Positions 9,534 to 16,785 are shown, counted from the first letter of the stretch. The stretch is DNA of 31,579 bases from a virus (IMGVR_UViG_3300011337_000301:1-31579), one strand, 5' to 3'. Numbers and translations: made by a program. Notes: generated from the letters alone by a model not told the origin.

Positions 9534-9650
9534 TTTTGTTTTTCATAGGTTTATGGTTGCACATCCGTTCATCTTATGGGTGAATCGGATGTTGATTAGG
9601 TTGAATGCAGAATGGTCGTGGAATTATCTACGGCCATTTTTGTTTTATTT
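9531..9650 (+). ncRNA. Putative antisense sRNA 1 (multi-target, complementary to translation starts)
   Basis: TAATTTTG at 9531-9538; internal hairpin 9561-9592; terminator 9611-9646; tracts complementary to 12791-12804, 14058-14074, 18051-18069 and others. Confidence 0.55.
9611..9646 (+). terminator. Intrinsic terminator at the end of the tail operon / sRNA 1
   Basis: AATGGTCGTGGA / TCTACGGCCATT stem followed by TTTGTTTT. Confidence 0.7.
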
Positions 9651-9651
9651 G

Positions 9652-9685
9652 TCGGTTTTACTAATTAGTTAAATGGCTAATTTTG
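9652..9685 (+). promoter_or_regulatory. Promoter with upstream CTAATTAG palindrome and -7 element TAATTTTG
   Basis: Near-copy at 24226-24258; implies the true start of the next gene is ATG 9700. Confidence 0.55.
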
Positions 9686-9699
9686 AAAAAAAACTACAA

Positions 9700-10683
9700 A
9701 TGGGCCAAAAACACGATCAGATTAGAGATCATTTTTTTTCATCGCCATTAAACATCAAATCATTTTCTGAAAAGTATTACGAAACCTATGGGTACATTAG
9801 TGCCGAACAGTTGCGTAAAACGATGCGGAATTATAACATTTTGATGAGGGAACGCAATAAGCATATTGCAGAAAACACACCGGGTGGCAAATTAGAATCA
9901 TTCAATTTAAGCGAATTGGATGATTTTGGCATTGAGCAATCAATTGGTAAGGAATACACATCAGCACGATTACCGGATCACATCAAAAAGATTGGCATAT
10001 TATCCGACATTCACGTGCCGTTTCATTCTGTTGAAGCCGTTGTGTGTGCCATTAAACATTTAAGGGAACAAAACATTGATTGCCTGTATCTAAATGGTGA
10101 CACATTCGATTTTTACAGCATCAGCCGGCATGAAAAGGAAAAGGATTTGCGTGATTTTCCGAAAGAAATTGAGATGTGCCGTAATTTCCTGCAAAAGTTG
10201 CGTGACATATTCCCAACGATCCCGATATATTTCAAAGCAGGTAATCACGAAAACAGATACCAACGATATTTGAATGAGCAGGCCGAAGAATTTGCACAGT
10301 TGCACGAAATGCAATTTGACAAATTTTTCAGATTGGATGTATTGGATTTCACATACGTTCCTGATTGGCAAGGCATGGAGATGGGTGATTTATTGGTGTG
10401 TCACGGTCACGAATTGATGGCAGGTGGTATGAACCCATCACAAAGCACATTCAATAAAACGTTCTGTAATACCTTAATTGGACACGTTCACAGAACCACA
10501 AACACGATCAAAAAGGACGGATTTAAACGATACATTCATACGTATTCCACAGGATGTTTGACACAATTATCTCCTAAATATTACCCATTTGCACAGCACA
10601 ATCACGGTTTTGCAGTTGTGGAAATTAATGAAGGCAAATCAAAAGTGAATAATCTTATGATAAAAGATGGGAAAATTGTGTAA
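9700..10683 (+). CDS. Calcineurin-like metallophosphoesterase
   Basis: All five metal-binding motifs are present: SDIH, GDTFD, GNHE, HGH and GHVH. Confidence 0.9.
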   Translation: MGQKHDQIRDHFFSSPLNIKSFSEKYYETYGYISAEQLRKTMRNYNILMRERNKHIAENTPGGKLESFNLSELDDFGIEQSIGKEYTSARLPDHIKKIGILSDIHVPFHSVEAVVCAIKHLREQNIDCLYLNGDTFDFYSISRHEKEKDLRDFPKEIEMCRNFLQKLRDIFPTIPIYFKAGNHENRYQRYLNEQAEEFAQLHEMQFDKFFRLDVLDFTYVPDWQGMEMGDLLVCHGHELMAGGMNPSQSTFNKTFCNTLIGHVHRTTNTIKKDGFKRYIHTYSTGCLTQLSPKYYPFAQHNHGFAVVEINEGKSKVNNLMIKDGKIV

Positions 10684-10765
10684 TATTGCACCGGTAATTA
10701 TGGTTTATTGATTCATACGTTGTTGTTTAGAAAGGGCAGATCCGATGGTTTTGCCCTTTTTTATT
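10681..10765 (+). ncRNA. Putative antisense sRNA 2
   Basis: TAATATTG (near-consensus -7) at 10681; the tract GTTTATTGATTCATACGTTGTTGTTTAG is complementary to early-gene leaders; terminator 10731-10762. Confidence 0.5.
10731..10762 (+). terminator. Intrinsic terminator
   Basis: AAAGGGCAGA / TTTGCCCTTT stem followed by a T run. Confidence 0.8.
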
Positions 10766-10780
10766 GCACTATTTTTCCGG

Positions 10781-10819
10781 TAGGTTTTTAATAGGTTACC
10801 TATTTTTTACCTATTTTTT
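10781..10819. repeat. Dyad TAGGT-N6-TAGGT-T-ACCTA-N6-ACCTA
   Basis: Perfect core palindrome AATAGGT-T-ACCTATT at 10790-10804, with outer half-sites 11 bp away. Confidence 0.7.
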
Positions 10820-10870
10820 GACTGTTAAATAATTTTTTAATATTTTTTTTATTGATTTTGTTTGAAAATG

Positions 10871-10901
10871 TTTGAAAGTATGAAAAAAGAATGTATGTTT
10901 A
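10871..10901 (+). promoter_or_regulatory. Early promoter 1 (TTTG-N19-TATGTTTA)
   Basis: Bacteroidota -33/-7 spacing; duplicated at 11292-11322. Confidence 0.7.
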
Positions 10902-10922
10902 CATCACAAAACAACAACAATT

Positions 10923-11204
10923 ATGGAAAACATAGCAAAAACATTAGAAAACAAGCAAATTTTAGTAGTTAATGCAATTACACGTGTTAATTCAGAATCA
11001 AAAAAATCACGCATTACAAATCAAGTTATTTCATTGGGATCAATAGTATTCGAAAGAAATGATGGTGTATTTTTTGAGCCATTTACATTGGAAGGGAAAG
11101 AATGGAGAGCATTTTACAGATTTAGTAGTGATACATTAGAAATTGACCAATTTAGAAACAGCAAATCAAAATCAATTTCAATTCAAGAATTTAAAGTAAT
11201 ATAA
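10923..11204 (+). CDS. Early hypothetical protein
   Basis: 93-aa ORF with its own promoter and terminator. Confidence 0.75.
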   Translation: MENIAKTLENKQILVVNAITRVNSESKKSRITNQVISLGSIVFERNDGVFFEPFTLEGKEWRAFYRFSSDTLEIDQFRNSKSKSISIQEFKVI

Positions 11205-11213
11205 ATTACACAT

Positions 11214-11241
11214 GGCCGGACAGACAAATCCGGCCTTTTTT
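11214..11241 (+). terminator. Intrinsic terminator
   Basis: GGCCGGA / TCCGGCC stem followed by T6. Confidence 0.8.
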
Positions 11242-11291
11242 AATTGATTTGAAAAATATTTTTATTTTTTGTTAAATTTTGTTTGATTTTG

Positions 11292-11322
11292 TTTGCAAGT
11301 ATAAATTTAATGTGTAATTTTA
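11292..11322 (+). promoter_or_regulatory. Early promoter 2 (TTTG-N19-TAATTTTA)
   Basis: Same architecture and flanks (GTTTGnAAGTAT...TTTACATCA) as promoter 1. Confidence 0.7.
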
Positions 11323-11342
11323 CATCAACAAACAACAACAAT

Positions 11343-11528
11343 ATGAAAAATACAGCAACACAATCAAATCTTTACAATGTAATTTACAGCAACGGAAATG
11401 CAAGTAAAATTTACATTACAGCATCAAATATCAAAGAAGCACAAATTGAGGCAAAAAAAATTCAATCCAAAATTGGATCATTTTATTACAAATTAAAAAG
11501 ATGTTATGACGGCGGTGTTCGTGGATAA
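11343..11528 (+). CDS. Early hypothetical protein (MKNTATQ...)
   Basis: Start reassigned to the ATG after the AACAACAAC leader. Confidence 0.7.
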   Translation: MKNTATQSNLYNVIYSNGNASKIYITASNIKEAQIEAKKIQSKIGSFYYKLKRCYDGGVRG

Positions 11529-11569
11529 CATTAAGATAAAAGTCGCACAGTATTCGTACAGCGCACCGG

Positions 11570-11596
11570 GCCACAGCGGATTCTGTGGCAATTTTT
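11570..11596 (+). terminator. Hairpin, possible attenuator
   Basis: GCCACAG / CTGTGGC stem followed by AATTTTT. Confidence 0.5.
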
Positions 11597-11610
11597 AAAC
11601 AACAACAATT

Positions 11611-11721
11611 ATGTGGAATCTATTAAAAACAATCGACAAAAATGACATTGCAGGTTTAATCATTTGTTTATCTGCATTGGCCGTGTGTGTAAAATTAATG
11701 TACATTATTGGAAACATCTAA
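11611..11721 (+). CDS. 36-aa single-TM peptide
   Basis: MWNLLKTIDKNDIAGLIICLSALAVCVKLMYIIGNI; preceded by the shared AAACAACAACAATT leader. Confidence 0.7.
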   Translation: MWNLLKTIDKNDIAGLIICLSALAVCVKLMYIIGNI

Positions 11722-11732
11722 ACACTACGGAA

Positions 11733-11930
11733 ATGATCTACAAAATCACATTCAAAGACAGTTCCGGATATTACACCGTGACAAAGAATTTCAATGATAC
11801 CGATCAGTTGGGCAAATTCATTGAAAGCGAATTGCAGAATTATGGAGGCAAAGAAATAGGCATTGAGGAATTTGAATCGATGCAGGATATGTTAGAAAAA
11901 CGATATAAAAGATATGAGGATCAAGATTAA
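11733..11930 (+). CDS. Hypothetical protein (MIYKITFK...)
   Basis: Start reassigned to the first ATG after the preceding peptide. Confidence 0.65.
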   Translation: MIYKITFKDSSGYYTVTKNFNDTDQLGKFIESELQNYGGKEIGIEEFESMQDMLEKRYKRYEDQD

Positions 11931-12123
11931 ACAAGGCGAATTGCACCGGTTGGTGGCAGAGGATTTGAACAGCAGAGGGATCAAACCTGTGAGTGCAGAA
12001 AAATGGCAGGCACACAATATTCAAATGGCCATTTCAAGAAAATTAAATTATCCATTGATGTGGGAATCCATCAACAGAATTTCAAAACAATTATACGATG
12101 AATCAGAAAACAAATCTAATTAA
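11914..12123 (+). CDS. Small basic, possibly DNA-binding protein
   Basis: The VAEDLNSRGIKP...KW segment resembles HTH-like recombinase-domain helices (weak). Confidence 0.55.
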   Translation: MRIKIKQGELHRLVAEDLNSRGIKPVSAEKWQAHNIQMAISRKLNYPLMWESINRISKQLYDESENKSN

Positions 12124-12784
12124 AGCAATCATCAATGTGATGAATGATGTAAAGGGAATTGAAAAATCAATGACAGTTGGCACAGGACAAATGGCATACA
12201 AAGGTGTTCCGGACAAAGATGTAAAAAAAATCATTGGCCAATCAATGGCAAAAAATGGATTATGCATTTTACCAATTAATATTACACCAACAATCAAAAT
12301 TGAACGTTGGGATGAATTAGATTACAACGGTAAAATGAAGGCAAAGCAGTCAGTATTTACGGAAGTTTATTCAACGTTTTTATTGATGCACGAAAGCGGT
12401 GAAAGTCAAGAAATATGCGGATATGGTCACGGAGTTGATCCTCAGGACAAAGGAGCAGGTAAGGCAACAACATATGCATTGAAATATGCATTGTTATATT
12501 CATTTTTAGTTCCAACAGGCGATATTGATGATGCTGATGCTATTCATAGCAACGAGATACAAACGAAACCACAGGCCAAAGGATCTAAGCCACAGGCAAA
12601 AGGTTCAATCCCTGCACCAACGCAATTTGACATTGAGTTCAAAGAATTGATTGCAGATGTAAAAGGAGTGATTGCAATTGGTGAATTAAAGGGCATTTGG
12701 GAAAAATTAACAGATGAGGCCAAAGCCAACAAAGAAATTCAGCAATTATTTAACCACCGAAAAGCAGAATTATCAACCAAATAA
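12098..12784 (+). CDS. ERF-family ssDNA-annealing recombinase
   Basis: ERF signature DKGAGKATTYALKYAL...F....GD.DD.D. Confidence 0.88.
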   Translation: MNQKTNLIKAIINVMNDVKGIEKSMTVGTGQMAYKGVPDKDVKKIIGQSMAKNGLCILPINITPTIKIERWDELDYNGKMKAKQSVFTEVYSTFLLMHESGESQEICGYGHGVDPQDKGAGKATTYALKYALLYSFLVPTGDIDDADAIHSNEIQTKPQAKGSKPQAKGSIPAPTQFDIEFKELIADVKGVIAIGELKGIWEKLTDEAKANKEIQQLFNHRKAELSTK

Positions 12785-12795
12785 ACAAACAACCT

Positions 12796-13260
12796 ATGAA
12801 AAACGAATTGATGGCCATTGATGGTCAAATCCTCGAATTAAGCAAAAAAGAAATCACGCAGTTGGCCGAAAACTTTATGGCAAACGGTGATTCAATCAAC
12901 ACCGTGAAATTGGCGGCACAATTGGCGAAATTCACGCATTTATCAGCCGAAATGGATAAGTTGTTAAAAGACCATTTATTTGTTGATTTGCGCCAAAATA
13001 AGGATGGCAAATTATCCGCATACGGTGTGGACTTTTCAGAAATGGAAGCCGGCATAAAATTTGACTATTCTGAAACCGAATCTTGGTGCAAATTGCAATT
13101 TGAAATTGATCGCTTAAAAGACAAACAAAAGGATGTAGAGGCATTTTGCAAGGCATTGAAAGGCAAGGTTTCAATATTGGATGAGGAAACAGGCGAATTG
13201 GCTGATTTTTACCCACCATCGAAATCATCTACCACCACAATCAAAAAAGTAATTAAATAA
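12796..13260 (+). CDS. Hypothetical recombination-module protein
   Basis: 154-aa ORF between the ERF and SSB-like genes. Confidence 0.7.
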   Translation: MKNELMAIDGQILELSKKEITQLAENFMANGDSINTVKLAAQLAKFTHLSAEMDKLLKDHLFVDLRQNKDGKLSAYGVDFSEMEAGIKFDYSETESWCKLQFEIDRLKDKQKDVEAFCKALKGKVSILDEETGELADFYPPSKSSTTTIKKVIK

Positions 13261-13281
13261 ACAATCTAAATAAAAAATCAA

Positions 13282-13593
13282 ATGGCACGTTTAGTAAGCA
13301 TCAAAATTGACCTTTCAAAAATCGACAAATCACGCATCTTTGAAAGCCAAAAGACAGGGGCAAAGTATTTGGACATCACAGGAGTTTTGACCGATACACC
13401 GGATCAATACGAAAACAACGGATTCGTAAAACAGAACACAACAAAGGAGGAACGTGAGGCAGGTGTCAAATTGCCAATCATTGGGAATTTCAAATTGTTA
13501 AAAATCTTGGATTCACCTGCACAATCTGCACCGGTTCAACCGATCCAACGTGAAATCAATCCAATTGTTCAATCAGATGATCTACCATTTTAG
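13282..13593 (+). CDS. Single-stranded DNA-binding-like protein
   Basis: Compact beta-rich core, disordered linker and acidic DDLPF tail. Confidence 0.7.
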   Translation: MARLVSIKIDLSKIDKSRIFESQKTGAKYLDITGVLTDTPDQYENNGFVKQNTTKEEREAGVKLPIIGNFKLLKILDSPAQSAPVQPIQREINPIVQSDDLPF

Positions 13594-13595
13594 CA

Positions 13596-13865
13596 ATGAG
13601 AAAGATTGTAGATAGTTACACCACACGGCACGGAGAATTGAAGGCAATTTATTCCGTTGCAACAGCAAATATTAAGCACAGGGACATCGAAATTGGTGCT
13701 GTGTATGAATTGGAATATCGTTTGGGTAATCAGGTCGTATTTTTAAAATCTGAATTGGATCACGTAACGGAAGGGAATCGCACATTGTTTTTCAAACATC
13801 CTGATCCGGAACGCAGATTGATTGGAATACCTATTATGTCAATCATTAGATACGTGAAAAAATGA
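13596..13865 (+). CDS. Hypothetical protein
   Basis: 89-aa ORF in a tightly packed operon. Confidence 0.65.
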   Translation: MRKIVDSYTTRHGELKAIYSVATANIKHRDIEIGAVYELEYRLGNQVVFLKSELDHVTEGNRTLFFKHPDPERRLIGIPIMSIIRYVKK

Positions 13866-13972
13866 GCATAGAAACAAAAATTGATTTGGTATTTTATTGG
13901 GCAATTGCACAGATGTTTTTTACGATATTGGGTGTATTAATCAATATGTATAATGAAAACAAAGACAAGTAA
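13862..13972 (+). CDS. 36-aa single-TM peptide
   Basis: MSIETKIDLVFYWAIAQMFFTILGVLINMYNENKDK; ATGA overlap with the upstream gene. Confidence 0.6.
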   Translation: MSIETKIDLVFYWAIAQMFFTILGVLINMYNENKDK

Positions 13973-14126
13973 AAAAAACGAATTGGGATACACGTTCAAT
14001 CAAGTTTGGTCGCATATCGCAAAGGAATTACAATGTAATTACAAAAAATTGGGATTAATTCAACCTAAACAACAAAAATATGGTAACGTTTCAGCAATAT
14101 CATCAGGCCAATCCGCATCTTTATGA
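13953..14126 (+). CDS. 57-aa hypothetical protein
   Basis: MKTKTSKKNELGYTFNQVWSH...; fills the gap between neighbouring genes. Confidence 0.5.
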   Translation: MKTKTSKKNELGYTFNQVWSHIAKELQCNYKKLGLIQPKQQKYGNVSAISSGQSASL

Positions 14127-14355
14127 GTTGTACAAATCAATTGCATTGCAGTTGATTCAACAGAATCGCAGGGTAATTGGATCGGCCCACATATTTCAAA
14201 AAATGAGATATGAATATCAGTTCAAAACAGATGGAAGTCCATTTAAGATTGACAACAATTTTGCACCAATGTATGCACGTAAATTTGTTTTGGAGCATCC
14301 ACAATTTGGCCACCTTTTTAAATTTAAGCAATTGAAAGGTAGTTTGGTAATGTGA
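14080..14355 (+). CDS. Hypothetical phage protein
   Basis: F..YH..NP.LY...KIDNNF...YARKF....P pattern. Confidence 0.7.
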   Translation: MVTFQQYHQANPHLYELYKSIALQLIQQNRRVIGSAHIFQKMRYEYQFKTDGSPFKIDNNFAPMYARKFVLEHPQFGHLFKFKQLKGSLVM

Positions 14356-14361
14356 TTTTTG

Positions 14362-14474
14362 TATATTTGTAACGCAGGCACGATCTCACAACATAGTGCC
14401 AATGGACTTAAAATGCCATCATCTAATGAAGCCGAAGTGAGATCCGGTGGATTTATTTGGTGGCTTTTTATATT
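14362..14474 (+). promoter_or_regulatory. Promoter (TATATTTG) plus structured kissing-loop 5' leader of the replication initiator
   Basis: Two hairpins with complementary loops GATCTCAC (14382-14389) and GTGAGATC (14437-14444); the second hairpin ends in T5. Confidence 0.65.
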
Positions 14475-15149
14475 ATGAGCAAATTGGTAATTAAAAACAG
14501 ATATTCTGTGATCCCAAATGATTTGGTGAATAGCACGGAAATATCATTAAAAGCAAAGGGATTATTTGCTTACATCCAATCAAAACCTGATGGGTGGGAT
14601 TTTAGTGCAGAACGCATTGCAAACCATATTAAAGAGGGATTGCAATCTGTTTCATCAGCATTAAAAGAATTAGAAAAAAGTGGGTATTTAGTTAGGCAAA
14701 AAAAACAGAATGAATGGGGGCATTGGGATGTGGAATACATATTAAATGAAATCCCTACCATTGAAAACCCTACCACCGGAAACCCACAGTCCGGAAACCC
14801 AACGTTCGGAAACCCGATGCCAGGAAAACCATCAAATAATATAAAGCAATTAAATACAAAACAAGACTATAAAGAAATAGTAAAAAGCAGGAGGGATGAG
14901 ATTTTTGATTTGTGGTTTAAATATAAGGCTGAGAAAAAACAACGGTACACGGAAACAGGAAAAGCCACATTATTAAAAAAATGGGAACACGTTACCGATG
15001 ATCAGTTGGAGGAATTCATCAATCATTCGATGGCCAACAATTATTCAGGTATATTTGAAAAATCAATAAACAGCAACAACAATGGAAATTCAACCGGTGA
15101 AAAACTTGGCACAAGTGCCGCAAGATTGGAGGCCCTCAGAAATTGGTAA
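14475..15149 (+). CDS. Replication initiator (N-terminal winged HTH, lambda O-like organisation)
   Basis: YSVIPN....ISLKAKGL..YI.SKPDGW.F....IA.....G...V...L.EL...GYL; internal iteron-like repeats. Confidence 0.8.
   Translation: MSKLVIKNRYSVIPNDLVNSTEISLKAKGLFAYIQSKPDGWDFSAERIANHIKEGLQSVSSALKELEKSGYLVRQKKQNEWGHWDVEYILNEIPTIENPTTGNPQSGNPTFGNPMPGKPSNNIKQLNTKQDYKEIVKSRRDEIFDLWFKYKAEKKQRYTETGKATLLKKWEHVTDDQLEEFINHSMANNYSGIFEKSINSNNNGNSTGEKLGTSAARLEALRNW
14763..14830. repeat. Five G(G/A)AAA(C/A)CC repeats at 15-bp period (putative iterons/origin)
   Basis: Copies at 14763, 14778, 14793, 14808 and 14823, followed by an A-rich tract. Confidence 0.75.
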
Positions 15150-15834
15150 AGGAACAGCTAATTTGATCATTAAGGCACAAAGCACAGGAAACATCCGTAC
15201 ACGGCCCGAAAATGATTTAAAACAGGTATTGCGTATGGCAATGCTTATGGTCGGACTACGTGGTGCAAATATGCCGACAGATGAGGAAAAATATGTATTG
15301 CTTGCATTTATCAAATCTAATTACGGAAACCAAACACCGGAGGAAATAGCCATTGCATTTGAAATGGCAGTTGCAGGAAAATTGAATACAGATTGTAAAT
15401 GTTATGAGAATTTTTCGTGTGAATACTTTGGCCGGATAATGAACGCATACATTGAATATGCAAGGCATGAAACAAAGAATGTCAAACGACCTGAGATTAA
15501 AGAAATCAAACCTGTGCCAACGGATGCAGAATTGAAGTTGTTGGCCATTGCTAATGTTAATTCATACGTAAAGCGGATTAAATTATCAGAAAAGAATGGG
15601 CAAAAATTTGAATGGACAGCCGGTGGTCTTATGCATCTGTATGATTATTTAGTCAGATACGGCATTTGGATTTGCCCTGATGCAGATCGTGAACAAATTA
15701 AAGCACGATTAAGGCCCAAATTTACCGATGACAAATTGTACATCGCAGAATGCAAAGGTGAGGCATACAAATTGTTTTGCCACCAATTAGCCGAAATGGA
15801 TTTGACATTGGATGAAAACGGACAAATATCATGA
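15082..15834 (+). CDS. Replication-associated protein (helicase-loader position)
   Basis: Overlaps the initiator 3' end; no Walker A motif seen; function inferred from synteny only. Confidence 0.55.
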   Translation: MEIQPVKNLAQVPQDWRPSEIGKGTANLIIKAQSTGNIRTRPENDLKQVLRMAMLMVGLRGANMPTDEEKYVLLAFIKSNYGNQTPEEIAIAFEMAVAGKLNTDCKCYENFSCEYFGRIMNAYIEYARHETKNVKRPEIKEIKPVPTDAELKLLAIANVNSYVKRIKLSEKNGQKFEWTAGGLMHLYDYLVRYGIWICPDADREQIKARLRPKFTDDKLYIAECKGEAYKLFCHQLAEMDLTLDENGQIS

Positions 15835-16079
15835 TCAACGAAATACCAACAATAATAAAATTGAACAATCTGCGTGAAACAATGGATTCATTCAAAGGCA
15901 AAATTGATGCAATCGAACTAAATTCATTTGATTTATGGGAACTAAAATCAAATGAGCATTTTAAAAATTATTTTAATGTCACAACCGATGCAATGGGCCA
16001 TCAGTACATTAATGGAATCAGAATAACGCACACGGTAAAATCGCCACGTGGATCATTTTATTTTAAAACAAAACTATGA
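15831..16079 (+). CDS. Hypothetical protein
   Basis: ATGA-coupled ORF. Confidence 0.6.
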   Translation: MINEIPTIIKLNNLRETMDSFKGKIDAIELNSFDLWELKSNEHFKNYFNVTTDAMGHQYINGIRITHTVKSPRGSFYFKTKL

Positions 16080-16282
16080 AAGCAATTGAAACAGAATTTG
16101 GCACATTGGTGCTAAAAGGATTAGAAAAAAAAGGAATGAGCCGGCACGAATTGGCCGATGAATTGAATACAACGCATTCATCCGTGACCAATTGGATTGC
16201 AGGCAAAATGTGTCCAAATTTGATCACTGCATTAAAAGTGTGCAAAATGCTTGATATTGATGCAAACAAAATTTTAGGATAA
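16076..16282 (+). CDS. XRE/Cro-type HTH regulator
   Basis: GMSRHELADELNTTHSSVTNWIAG...P...T..K....L HTH_3 pattern. Confidence 0.88.
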   Translation: MKAIETEFGTLVLKGLEKKGMSRHELADELNTTHSSVTNWIAGKMCPNLITALKVCKMLDIDANKILG

Positions 16283-16533
16283 TGAAAAAGGATATTTACA
16301 GAATTGTTGAGGTGAAAAAATCAACATTGACAAAAAACACAGGCGGAATTGTTGGATTCATTCCTGAAATTGAATGGGAAACACACTATAAAATCGAAGT
16401 TTTGGTTTCTTATTTTTTCGGACTTTATAAATTTTGGACATATTGTTCAATTGGTAAATCAATAGAGCATTGTGAACGTATTATTGAATTTTATAAAAGC
16501 GAGGACACGGAAATTGTCATCAAAGAAATCTAA
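16282..16533 (+). CDS. Hypothetical protein
   Basis: TAATG-coupled ORF. Confidence 0.6.
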   Translation: MKKDIYRIVEVKKSTLTKNTGGIVGFIPEIEWETHYKIEVLVSYFFGLYKFWTYCSIGKSIEHCERIIEFYKSEDTEIVIKEI

Positions 16534-16548
16534 ACCAATAACCGACAT

Positions 16549-16785
16549 ATGAAAAAGAATTTGATTTTAACAGCAGTTTTTATAACGATTGGATCAATTG
16601 TATGCATTGCAATTAATCAGGTCAGAAAACGAAAGGATGGTGGCAAAAAACAAGTAATTGCCAAACGTTCGGAAGTCAGTCAGGCATTTATGATGGATAC
16701 ATTCAAACCGATTGATGATTTCGAAATGATTTATTTTGATGATCAACGTGGATTAGTTCAAATTAAAACTAAGGCTAAACAATGA
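16549..16785 (+). CDS. Small protein with an N-terminal TM anchor
   Basis: LILTAVFITIGSIVCIAI followed by RKRK. Confidence 0.65.
   Translation: MKKNLILTAVFITIGSIVCIAINQVRKRKDGGKKQVIAKRSEVSQAFMMDTFKPIDDFEMIYFDDQRGLVQIKTKAKQ

Noticed and set aside
9499-9546. Minus-strand mini-ORF MKNKIIPDMKPCTCL with an AAACCTATG context
   Set aside because: Only 15 codons and overlapping the tail gene; the equivalent at 10716 stops after three codons. An antisense role fits better, though a peptide is not formally excluded.
9647-9659. Complementarity to the leader of ORF 16549 (AACCGACA)
   Set aside because: It lies beyond the terminator and within the conserved promoter motif, so it is probably chance.
10803-10830. 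dif-like XerCD site ending in TGTTAAAT
   Set aside because: The XerD arm matches only partly, the XerC arm is out of register, and TGTTAAAT recurs upstream of the second early promoter.
14763-14830. CRISPR-like mini-array
   Set aside because: The 8-bp repeats with 7-bp spacers lie inside a coding frame and are far too short; no cas genes.
16076-16282. CI repressor / lysogeny module
   Set aside because: An HTH-only protein co-oriented in the middle operon; no divergent promoter pair, S24 peptidase domain or integrase was found.
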